The notes beneath the pieces are model-generated. The model did no database searches. It was given only the letters and a program-made list of their open reading frames with translations, and was not told where the DNA came from. DNA of 55,138 bases, counting the filler, from Sphacelaria rigidula (lineage: Eukaryota), in assembly GCA_964200075.2 (NCBI GenBank). It is 5 parts of 5 records of this genome, joined end to end, with 100 filler letters (N's around TTAATTAATTAA, not from the genome) between each part and the next. Parts side by side here need not be neighbours in the genome. Positions count along the whole stretch, not along the records: positions 1 to 10,949 come from CAXNAA020005635.1; positions 11,050 to 21,997 come from CAXNAA020005636.1; 3 more parts are not named here. The stretch is one strand, 5' to 3'. This document shows, piece by piece, positions 1 through 11,173 of the stretch. Position 1 is the stretch's first letter, and each line of letters opens with the position of its first letter. The translations under genes were made by a program, and so were the position numbers.

Positions 1-249
1 AACAGAGCAACCGCGAAGAGGAACAAGCCCCCCCCGCGCCCCCCCGCCCCGGGGGGCGGCGCCCGCGGGGGGGGGGGGGGGGGGGGGGGACTTTTTGGCT
101 CGCAGCTGCGCCGCTCGGTGACTAAACCATTATGTACCATTTATCCCTTATATCGCGGTACGGGTAGTCGATCTGGATCATGCATACTTTTCCAAGTGAA
201 ATTGATGCCGATTCGGCAGGTGACCTACCCTCGTGGTCAAAGGAAAGGG

Positions 250-355
250 TTAACCCTTAGAACGCGAAATTAGTCTTCCCGGATCATGCATACTTTTTTT
301 CACGTGAAATTGATGCCGATTCAACAGACAACTAACCTCGCGATCTAGGGGTTAA
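250..355. mobile_element. piggyBac-like MITE (~100 bp); a related degenerate copy lies immediately upstream (~141-253)
   Basis: TTAA (250-253) CCCTTAG...CTAGGGG TTAA (352-355). The internal ggatcatgcatac/aattgatgccgattc sequence recurs at ~175-215, reverse-complemented at 8815-8921 and degenerate at ~6135-6235. Confidence 0.7.
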
Positions 356-2115
356 CTGCTTCATGGTTTGGTTAATGGTTGCGCTACGCGTAACCATTCA
401 ACTGGTTGATGGTGAGACAAACCATTTCCGAGCTCTTACTATATGGAGGGTACGACCAAGCGGAATCGCGGTATGGTACGGTAGAGTAATTACACCTGCA
501 GTCATTTGCGGCACGTTACGGCAAAATTCCACATAACGCGGTAAAATTCCTGTGGCAGATCTTCGGCGGTGAACCCCGCTCCTCGATGTGATGCCCGGGG
601 CAATGGGCACTCGCCGTCGCTCCTTCGGTGAAAAGGATACTGGCTGCCGACTATTTTCTATATTCCCGGGTAACTGGAGCATCGATCCCTCAAGATACTC
701 AGGATCACAGGGTACCCAGGGTACGTATAGACACCCGAAATACCCGACTTGTACCGTAACCAACCCTGAGCCATCCTTGAACCGTTTCGCATGTGTCAGG
801 TATCACCAGAATTGGTGAATGGACACGATCAACCGAAACCCGATCGGACACAAGTACAGTACGAGAGCACAACCACCCGTTTGTTTAGCATGGACTGCGA
901 ACACACAGAAACCTTGAACCCTACGTTCATGGCTTTTTATGGTATATAGTTACAGACAATAGGTGTCGGTTGTGCCGTGTATATGTTCCGTTGTGACACT
1001 CGTTGGGCCAACGGTGGCATACAAAAAGAGAACAAAGTTGCCCTGTGAGTACTAAACCGTACTGTTGTTGCATGTACCTTGCGCCTGTCCGTTGTCATGT
1101 TGGTTTTTCCGCAAATGTATTGAAGTAGTATAGACACCAATCGTGAAAAAAAAAAAAGTACAACGAGTACTGTAGTGAATTTTCAAAGCCTTCCATACAT
1201 CTCAACCAAGGCGTTGGGTCTCTGTCAAGCCAAATACAATATCTACTCGTAGACATGTCGAGCGTTCCGCCACCCAGACGACATGCAATAGATATGAACA
1301 AATACTTGTTAATTGTACTACTGACGAAAGATCGCAGCAAACCTGGAACGCGAAACAAGGTACAGTCCGCGGTTGGATCAATTCCGGGCTACAAATGAAC
1401 CCTCCTTTCCGAACATATACGGTACTACAGACAACAGTAGCGCAAAACAGGGAAAATTTACGGCAACTTTCCTGTGATCCAACAGACAGGCGACGCACCG
1501 CATCGGACACCCGAAGTCTTGTGCGTCACAATAACCAACTTCTGTGTGTGCCATGTTTCCGGCAGTGTGGGGGTGCGCGCAAAGAAAGGCTGGACACCGG
1601 TGTCAGCTTCGAAAGGTCGAACTCCCCGGTGAAAGGAAGGGGACGAACGGACGAGTTGTTGCGCGATTTGATGTTTCCGAGATGAGGGTTGTGCTACTGT
1701 GTGCTGTCGTGTCAATCGCTTCTGGGACAGAAACCGTGCCAAACAAACAGAAGGTCGATTAGCCAGCCCCACAAAGACGGGCGGTGTCAGTCGGCACATC
1801 CTTGCGACCTGGGCAATGCAACACAATACAGTGCAGTTGCCGTAGTGTCATGATATTGCGCACAAATTGACAAGCTTGCATACATGGTTTACCCGCGAGT
1901 GCAATGGAACACAACGAATAGCGCTTTGGAGAGGGCGGCCAGCTGGCGCAGTTCAAAAACTTACTCATCATCATCTGTCGTTTAGCCCACCTCTACCGAC
2001 CACATCATACATATATATTCCAAAACTCCCACATCAAGGCATCAGGTACATCGACAAGTCTTACTGTATAACACACTATTTCTCCCTCTCGTGGTTTCCC
2101 ATCTCTCGCTCTTAC

Positions 2116-2276
2116 TTGAGATCCTTGCACCAGATGTTTACAGTCACGCGACTGCCGAGCCCCTGCCTGCTCGCAAACGCCGCTGTCGCTGCTTCCGCAT
2201 CTTCTTCACGATATTGGTTGGGGTCTCCCAAGCTCGTCGCGTTGCGATCATTCTCTGATGAGCTTGTACACCCCAT
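2116..2276 (-). CDS. Putative first coding exon of an N-acylated protein, possibly copine/C2-domain
   Basis: Translates MGCTSSSENDRNATSLGDPNQYREEDAEAATAAFASRQGLGSRVTVNIWCKDL followed by a GTAAGA donor. MGCxxS is a myristoylation/palmitoylation motif and SRVTVNIWCKDL resembles the first C2 strand of copines. Downstream exons were not resolved. Confidence 0.45.
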
Positions 2277-3213
2277 TCTCTCCTCGCGTTATCCAAAAGC
2301 TCGAGGTGTTGACTGCGAGAGAATCGTCGCAGTTGCGTTTGTTGGAATGGTTACGGTTGTTGCCCGTGGCGGCGATGATGATGATGTTGCTATCGACCTG
2401 CACCCGTGCTCACTTTGCAGCAAAGTGTGATGTAGTTGACGCTGTGGAAACTGATAGATCTCAAATTTGAGGGAATGACAACGGCCCGAGAATCGCTGGT
2501 GCACACCACCCTCCACCTCCCGGGGATTAGCGTGAAAGAAGTCTTCTTGTCTTCGTTCGTTCTTCTCGTTTACAGAATGAAACCAGAAATACAAACAGTA
2601 CGAGGGAAAACGGAGACAAGCGCAACAGGCACCGATCGTTTACACTGAGTTGTGAGTCCTGTGTATCTTCCTAGTCCTCCCTGTCTCACTGGGTGTTCTA
2701 CAAACCGCAAAAGACATCGCCCCGAAGCCACTTTGTTTGATGTCATACTCCATCCAAAGCTGCTAGTAGAGGAAAAATCCTTGCGTTTCTGAGGTTTCCA
2801 CCAAAAAGCGAACAGCCACTGCGAGGACTTCTACCGCGCTGAAAACGGACCTGAAGACGGTGTACATATACACGTGTTTCCGTGAAGGAGTGGAGCCAGC
2901 ATAGAACGCCACACAGTGGCAGGCACCTGTCCTTCAACCTCAACATACCACATAACACATCACGACGCCCATCCGTAGATGTACAGGGTCGACAACAGCT
3001 GAAAGAATGAAGCCTCCAAACGCTTTCTCGGGCTTCCTCCTTCTGTGTGTGTGCCGGTTTCGCGCACAATCCCGCCGCAGACTCTCCGCGAGCACCTCAA
3101 TAAACCCCCTCTCAAAACTTCCGACAAACTGCTCTGTGTATGGAACCGGCGTACACATGCATGTGGAGAATTTCGTGACAGGGAGGGCACACCACTGTGT
3201 TATTCCGCGGTAG

Positions 3214-6200
3214 ATGGCTACTCCCAGGCAGAATGAAGAAGGAAAAAATGTCCATCTCGCCGCGATGGATGGAGACGTCGCTGCGATTCAGGTTGTTTAC
3301 GCTGCACACAGCAGTGAAGTATAATAACCCCCTGACACCATCGTGCATACTTGTAGCATTGGTACTACAGTTCAACAGCCCTGTTGGTGCTATAGTCCAA
3401 CAACGTTGTTGGTACTTTAGTTCAACCACGTTGTTGCGTGTAAAATGGTGAAGTGGAACACAAAGCACTGACGAGGGGAAAGGTACCAAGGGTAGGACAG
3501 ATAATGATTCGCCTGAAAATTACTCGGTTTTAGTATCATGAGTCGAGTGGTGACGAATCAATCCGTAGGCTATATTTCTATTTCAGCGTTGCAACCCAGG
3601 TACACGCAGCCCAGACACGTGGAATGGCGCAAACGTTGCGTGGATACTCCTTGGACCAGCGATCAATTTTTTTTTCCCTTTTGGGCAATCAGGCCGAAGA
3701 AATCGTGAATTTGGTGATTTTGAGTCGTGATGATCTGTCCTATCCGTGAAAGGTGCACACCGTGAAGCGCAGTAGTCTTGATAAGATACCTTGATAACAT
3801 GTACTTCGAAAATATCTGCGAATCGTTAGGGAATGGAAGGTGGATAACGAAACGGTCCGCATTCCCTTTTCACAACATTTTCGTGAGATTGAGAGTAGAA
3901 CGGTGATTGAGAGTGGCTTTGATCCTTCGCTTTAACTTAGCCATTTTGTCATCCCGTGTTTGCTTCTCTTTGTCTCCATCACTGGCGTGTGCTTACAGCT
4001 ACACGTCGATATCCTACTCAGGGATATCAAGGGCCTCAGTGGCGAGCTACTAAAGAGAGCATATAGATCGGGACTCACGGAGGTGCATTTCGGAACTGAA
4101 ACGATTCAGTCACTAGTTGACAGCTTTTCACTCTCAATCGTATCCTCTACTCTCAATCTCACGAAAGCACAGTTTTTTGTCAAGTAAATGCACTCATTTT
4201 GGTGCTGCGCTCAGCTGGGCGTACAGCTTCGGCGCACGCCAAAAGCGTACTTGACAGCAATACACCCGGGCTAGTGACTGATATCGTCCGATCAGCTGCT
4301 TTCGATGCTCGCCAGCTCCCTGAATATATTTCGCTTTTACTTCCCAACACCCGGCGGAATAAACGAGGTCCGACGGTCGATATCCACTACTAGCTCTTTT
4401 TCGGTATTCCTCAAACGTGCGGTTCCTCTTGCATCGGTGGCTAGAGAGGTACCTTGATGCGCCCATCACAACCGCGCGGTGCATGCACAGATTTTGACAA
4501 ACTCACGTCCTGGTACGTCGTGTACATACGTTGACAACCCCAGCAAAGCATGGAACGTCTAAAGATGCGCCACAAAATATCCCACTGACCACCAGTGTGG
4601 CTTCGCATGGGTAACATCACCATGTTGACGTCGCGGGAGACCTACTCATGAAGTTACGTCACCTCCATCTACGCGTGCTGTGCCTATACCATCTGTGTAC
4701 CTGCGTTTCAGCGATGGCTGGATGCTCGACTTTTTGTGGATAAGAGGGACTCTGCACAGCGCACAGGTTTGCATCAGGCGGCATGGTCCGGCAGGGTAGA
4801 GGTGAGACACCCACCGGCAACCTCTGCGTTATTCAAGCTCTCGCTAACTTCAAAGTGCACAGCGGGATACAGGCCAGCCGTGAAGAAAACTCCTTCTAGT
4901 GGGAATTCATTATAGGGAGCACTTGAAATATGACCCGCACACAAAGGGGTATACCTTGAGGCGAATATGGCAATGGGTGGCGCATTACGAGCTAGGACTT
5001 TTTCGTGAGGTTATCCGACGTACACACGACAACCTCGCGAAAGTGTGGAACATTGCAATTGGCACTACCTCAAGGTGCCCCTCTGGCCGCACTAGCGCAT
5101 GACAGAGTTGGAAGGCTTGCTAACGTTCAACGTATGTTTCCACCGGATGCATCTGCCTTGCGCCGCGTTTGCACCTCCTCACTGTTGGGTGCACCTCCTC
5201 ACTGTTGGGTAATGCCTCAACATGTCTATATTCCACAAACTCTTGAGTGTGAAGGGATTTCATGTGCGTTTCCCCGTGGGTTGAGAGCGGTCTTCTTGCG
5301 CATCGTCGATGCAACACAATGTAACGTTGCTAATTTTTCGCCAACCCCCCCCTTTGGCCATGGGGAGGAATGCTACGGTAGGGGTGCACTTTTTGCGCGA
5401 AATCGTGTCTGGTTCAGGGGCTCCTGACTATTCTAGATGCTTAAGAATATGGGTCAGGGCATCCCCGTTTGCAAATTCATTCGGGATATCCCTCGCACAT
5501 TGGAATAGCAGTAATCCTGGCGTACTCTCACATATTTCATAAGTCGTGTTTTGGATGAGATAAAGGGCTCCTGAATATTTTAACCTCGAAAAATATTTGT
5601 GCACCCCTACCACGTAGCATCGCTCTGTTGTGACAGGATTGCGTATGACTAGGCGTTTTTTGTCTAGAAATTGGATTGACGAAGAGCCAACCGCCAGACT
5701 ACCTGCCGCAGGCTTGCAGATTTTTTATACTGAACGGCCGCGATTTCCATATCTCTAGCAGCACCCCAAAACCATATCACCAGTACATGGTAAGCATGAT
5801 CATCAAACCTGGGAGTGCCTACCGAACACCCTTGCGCGGGTTCTGCGATCATGTTCTTGTATGGATAGCTTTGGTTGGGCGTACATGTCCGCCTTCAATT
5901 TTCACAATTAATTATGTACATATTGATGCGCTGAAAGATTGAAATTGCTTTCAGAGTGTCTCCGAGGTGTAGCTGTTTTTCGTCTCCAGATTTCCATGTC
6001 TTGTTGCTGTCACATTTTCTACCACTTTATCCTTGAGCAGCGAGAGCACGTCATCTGTTGAATCGGCATTATTATTTTCATTTGAAAGAAGGACGTATGA
6101 TCCAGGTGGACTGCCCTCACGGCCCAAGAGTTTTCCCTCTGAACCCGAAAAGGGGCAATCAGTCTGGTTATTCGATACATTTCACACGTGCAAATGATGC

Positions 6201-9200
6201 CAATTCAACAGATGACTTACCCTGGTGGTGAAGGGGCCACCAACTTTGCGGTTGTGGGCTATATATATACAACACATGAAAAGTGAGCACGCAAGCAAAC
6301 CACAGCGAATGAGCTAATCAAATCACGGCGAGTAACGTCGTTACGACTGGGACATCGAATGAGAAGTATCCATCGCCGGCATCAACAACGATGCTGATAG
6401 AGGGTGTCTACATACAGAGAGCCATGCACGGCAACCCTGCTGTGCTCGCGATATGGAAAGCAAATTAATTGCAGTATGTGCCAGAACAGTGCAAAATACA
6501 GGGTCACCAAGAGAACGTCGGCCATCCATTATGGTAATAAAGGCTCCCCAAGTCTTGCAGTCAACGTACTTGATATTCGGGTATTGTGCCCTCCGACCAC
6601 TTTTAACCAGGTTGTCAAACTTTTGCTCAGCGCGTATGCCGAGGTTAATGCGAGAGACAACGATCGGCGAACGCCTCTGCATTATTGCAGCGAAACGGGA
6701 TATGCGGCTGCCATTAAGGTAAATCCACTGCTAAATCGATTGCGTAGAATGGTGCGTGCATCTGCGGCTCATTATATAACCTTTTGGGCGCGATACCGCA
6801 TTTCCGCATGGTATTTTCTGTCATCATTCCACGCCGGTGACCTGAAGCTTCTCCAACCTAGCAACTCGTCAATGTTTGCGAGCACCACCCCCGACGGAAA
6901 CAAATCATCATGTATTTCATGGTCGCCAACCCTCGACTGCGCAATATTGTGTCAACCCAAGCAGCTGTTTGTCGCACATTCCCGGTGGCTCTCCTAGGAT
7001 TCACCTGTGGTGCGTCGCGCTCAAGGCGTGAAGATATTGATCGCCGCGGTGTTTCCATCTATCTCTATTGTATAATACAGCATCGGCGTCATGTTCAGAC
7101 TGATGCCGCCATGGCTACCCCTAGATTTGTGGCTAGGTTGAGGAGGCAAAATCTACATGTGAATCAAAATGACAAGAGATGAGCACACCGAGGAGCTGGT
7201 AACTCCCACGCTTAGGATTGCTTCCGCCAATGTCGACCATATGAGGCGCTTCACGCAGTCTGAACCAGCTGTCATGCGCTGTATGGCCATTTTTTCGTGA
7301 TAGTTGTGGGGCTGGTTTGAAGGGGAGGGGATTCGCGGCGTCACTCTTCACTTGAACATGCATGTCAGACTAGGGTGTCTATCTGCGGGCGCTCGAAGGG
7401 TCATACTCAGTCTGAAATCCTCGAACCAGCCATTTTTCTCGGAGGGGGGGGCTATCTTGGCATCACTCGTTAGGCGGCATTTTTCGAAGCCAGAGCCTAG
7501 AAGAGAAACGGGTTTCTTTTCGTGAGGTGATGACGCGAAGGATCAAAGACGTGGTCGCGATGTATATATACTTTTTTGGGTTTAGAGACGAGGCTAAATG
7601 CCGTAGAAATGATGAATCCGAGCAAACAAATGCAGCAAAAGACGTGGCCTGTACTCCTAGCCAGAGGAGGGTGATTTGAGGCGAATATCCCAACGTTGCA
7701 TATGGTTTGCCGGGGTAGTCAACGTGTATACAGCTTGGCAGGGCGGTGTCGTGAGGTTATCCACTCTGAGCACGATGTACCAAGTGCCTTGGTGTGTACA
7801 CGTCGGTGGCCCCATCAAAGTGCAGAAGCGTGCAGTGCGGGTTTCAAGGCATCCCCCTGTTCACAAGTGAAGTGTTAGCCTTAGCTGAGAAAGGAAGCTG
7901 AGCAAGGAAGGGGAATTATTTCGATGATCAACCCTTGCGCGCAAGATGCCACAGATCGACGCTATACATCGACCGCACTGAAATATGTGTCAAATATGTA
8001 TGGGAGAAGCAAAAACTCTGGGCAAAATCACGTGTGTCAGGTGTTGGGGATGGCGGATACATGCCATATGTTGTATTTGGGGACAGTGGGGAGGGGAGGG
8101 GTGCCTCCAGAGAAAATCTACTCATAGCTAGCTACAGCGATGTAGTTACCGCGTAGAAGATCAGTGGGCAATGTTGTTGTCAGATGCAGCCTCGCGCCCA
8201 GAAGTTTGAAAGATATGGCGCACATGAACGTCGCACGGCAATAAACAATGCACACGACGTTAGAGGAGAAACACACTTCAGCATCCTCACGATGCAAGAC
8301 GTTCGCCCTTTGACCGCGCAGGTGACTCTATCTGCTGACTGAATCGATGTCAAATTTGCTTGAAAATGACTATCAGACCTGGGCGTCCATCTGCGGGCGC
8401 CCAAGTGGTCAAGCTTCAGCCCAGTTTTACGGGTATATTATTTAACCGCGATCCACGTTTGTCGTAGGTGAGTGCAGCGCACACCGACACCTTCTCCCCT
8501 ACTCTGATGAAGTGAGATTCTCATACAATCTGTCGGCATTCAACAGGAGCTGATAGCATTCAAAGCTGACATCAACGCCACGGACTGCAGGGGAGAGACC
8601 CCTCTCAGCATAGCAGCAAGAACCGGAAAAATTGAAGCATTGAAGGCCCTCGTCGAGGCAGGAGCTAGTACAGAGATCACGGATGTGACCGGTAACCGTG
8701 CTGGGGAATGCTTCAGCAGCAAGGCACGTCAAGAATATGGCAAATATACTTTGATCCTAGCTGGTAGCATGCTGTGACATATTCTGCGATATAGCTCTCA
8801 CGCGTAGTACGTGATTAACCCTTAGACCGCGAGGATAGTCTTCTGTTGAATCGGCATCAATTTCAAGAGAAAAAAAAGTATGCATGATCCAGAAAGACTA
8901 ATCTCGCGGTCCAAGGTTTAAGGCTCAACATTATCGACACTGTTTTCGGGAGATCTCGGAAATTGTCGGCCTTTCGGACTTTTCGTTCAGACTTTTCCGA
9001 AAACAAAGCGGACTGATTTTTTTCTCCGAAGCTTCATTTTTGGAGAAGTCCAAACAATTCGGACTGCGATGCAACATTTTGGAAAGCTGCCCTGTGTGTG
9101 CGCCATGGCGTTCGCAGCTATTATTCGAGAGTCATCATCACGTTCCTAGCCAGTCCCCAAATTTTCGAAGATCTCAGAAAAATAGTGTAGATAGTAATGA

Positions 9201-9545
9201 GCCTACTCTGGTGTTACGGCGGGCGACCCTCTACGGTATTAAGTATGATCTCGACACTTTTTGAGCGAATACCATTCAAGAGTGAATCACGTCGAAGGTG
9301 TATTGTGCGACAGTTGAATGGAGGGACTGCCAAAGTCTTGTTGCATATCAATATAATATTGTGCAACTCCGCAGTACAGTACAAGCTGTTCTAGCGTGTT
9401 CAGCCCGGTTCCCGCCATATATGACAGGTGGCTTCCGAGACTCGAGATAATATCACGAGAATACTCGAGCAGAGGCGAAACGAATTGGCCGAGAATAAGC
9501 AACGAGAGCAGGAAATTCGACATCCGAACAGCAGTGAAAAGATAG
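3214..9545 (+). CDS. Ankyrin-repeat protein, spliced, 3' incomplete (exons 3214-3291, 4712-4801, 6611-6718, 8547-8723, 9428-9545)
   Basis: Phase-0 exons join into about 4 ankyrin repeats: VHLAAMDGDVAAIQ|RWLDARLFVDKRDSAQRTGLHQAAWSGRVE|VVKLLLSAYAEVNARDNDRRTPLHYCSETGYAAAIK|ELIAFKADINATDCRGETPLSIAARTGKIEALKALVEAGAS..., then a charged helical tail. CAG acceptors, GT donors and one GC donor at 8724. Confidence 0.85.
5370..5620. mobile_element. MITE with ATGCTACGGTAGGGGTGCAC terminal inverted repeats
   Basis: Inverted ends at 5370-5389 and 5599-5620. The right half is repeated at ~27813-27960 in another contig. Confidence 0.7.
7100..7467. mobile_element. Degenerate MITE related to the 21008-21252 insertion
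   Basis: Right end GGGGGGCTATCTTGGCATCACT. The internal segment at ~7200-7280 resembles 21068-21145. Confidence 0.5.
8815..8921. mobile_element. piggyBac-like MITE, reverse copy of 250-355
   Basis: TTAA-CCCTTAGACCGCGAG...CTCGCGGTCCAAGGT-TTAA. Confidence 0.7.
8921..9204. mobile_element. Harbinger-like MITE
   Basis: About 45-bp imperfect TIRs: aggctcaacattatcgacactgttttcgggagatc versus gatctcagaaaaatagtgtagatagtaatgagcct. The terminus resembles the 50409-51248 element. Confidence 0.55.
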
Positions 9546-10949
9546 GTAAGGTCGTGTCTTACGGAACCCGAGAATTCATTCGAAAAAACCATTTGATTCT
9601 GGCCCATTATTATTGCCGACATTGTTTTTGGGTCAATATACAAAAAGAGGGTACACCCGGGTAGTTCTCGAACAAAAAAGGGTAACACATTTTTTGCTTT
9701 GGGGCGCGGCCCTGCACGCGGGCTAAACACCTCGAAAACACTTTCCAGCACCTCAGCCCCACGCCCAAGGTATCTGGGCAGCATACCCGTCCATTATTTT
9801 TCATTTTTCACAAGGGTTACTAGGCTGAACTACAGCGCCAAAAATGAGAGTCTGTGGGAGTACCCATTTTTGTAACCAAACCAGGAGGGTACACCCTGCT
9901 CTCCGCTAAAGATTTACGAGCTGGGCCAGCGTAAAAACGGATTTAAGCTCTCAAAGCAATACCTCATCGATACACACGAGTTGGGCCGTGATCCGCATAT
10001 ATATCTTATTAATCGTCTAATCAAGGGGAAGGTGCCCATCTGCTCAAAAATATTTCCTCGTTGATTAAACCCCATGTCTAGCAATTCCTATACCGTACGA
10101 GATAGCGTCCACACTAACATCTATATGAAACCCCGAACGATACATTCAGCGGATGATGACGAGTTTTTCTGGTGTGAACCTTTCCTGGAGCACGCGGAGA
10201 CGATATATACTCTTACCTGCACCTAATTCGTAATCCATCTCGATATATGGCGCGCATAAATTCCTACGCGAAAATCGATATGTTACGAGCAGAGGTACTA
10301 GATGCCCCCCACATCTGAATACCGCGTCTCAGTTTTTGAGAGTTGTGCCATGAAATTTCGTATGGAAAACCGCTAGTGCATGATAATAATAATAATAAAT
10401 GCTTTCTACTTTTCCCCCCCTATTTTTCCCCCTGTTATTAGGAGAGTTTTGAGGAGAAATGAACATTGCTCTTCGGCCTCTCTCCATTTTTTAGCTCAAT
10501 TTTTAGAATTGTGATTTGAAACTTAGCATGGATAACCACAGTGATACGATGAAAAAAAAAATGGGCCTTCATGTTTCGGGGGAGCGGGGGAGAGGTTCGG
10601 GCGTTCTCGTAAGAGAACGGTTGATACGATACTAAAACGCCCTGAACCAGCGAAAAAAATAGACCAAAACCGACCTGATCCATTCTTCTTAGTCCATCAT
10701 GACCTGGCGAGATCCCGCACAAAGTGTCGACACACAAACACAAACGTGGGCCGGTAAACGACCTGCGAAATACTGTTCCGATTTTCCAATGGCCCGGGTT
10801 TCAAAAGGCGAATTCGCAATTATTTACCTAGAGTTTGATTGATTATTTCTTAATTGATTGATTGTCGCATCAGGCCGCTTCCTATAATAGACAAAAATAA
10901 AAACCCGGAAAAATGTCTTTTTGGAGCTTTTACATCGTTTTATATCCCA

Positions 10950-11049
10950 NNNNNNNNNNNNNNNNNNNNNNNNNNNNNNNNNNNNNNNNNNNNTTAATTA
11001 ATTAANNNNNNNNNNNNNNNNNNNNNNNNNNNNNNNNNNNNNNNNNNNN
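10950..11049. other. Artificial contig spacer
   Basis: N44-TTAATTAATTAA-N44, identical at all four joins. Confidence 0.98.
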
Positions 11050-11173
11050 AATACCCCCCCCCCTATCGTAGGATGACTCCACAGAAAACAAGCGATGCTT
11101 CACCAAGATCGGTTGATTGTTAGTAAATAACTTTGGTGTGGCATGAGGCCCGCCCCCAGTCTCATTCTAAGCC

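Noticed and set aside
27-90. Poly-C/poly-G tract, possible G-quadruplex
   Set aside because: At a contig end and typical of low-quality base calls.
3999-4082. In-frame 84-bp AG/GT-bounded candidate exon in the ankyrin gene
   Set aside because: It would insert 28 aa inside an otherwise clean ankyrin repeat. Left out of the model, though it could be a cassette exon.
10994-11005. Recurring TTAATTAATTAA palindrome
   Set aside because: Synthetic linker, always centred in N runs.
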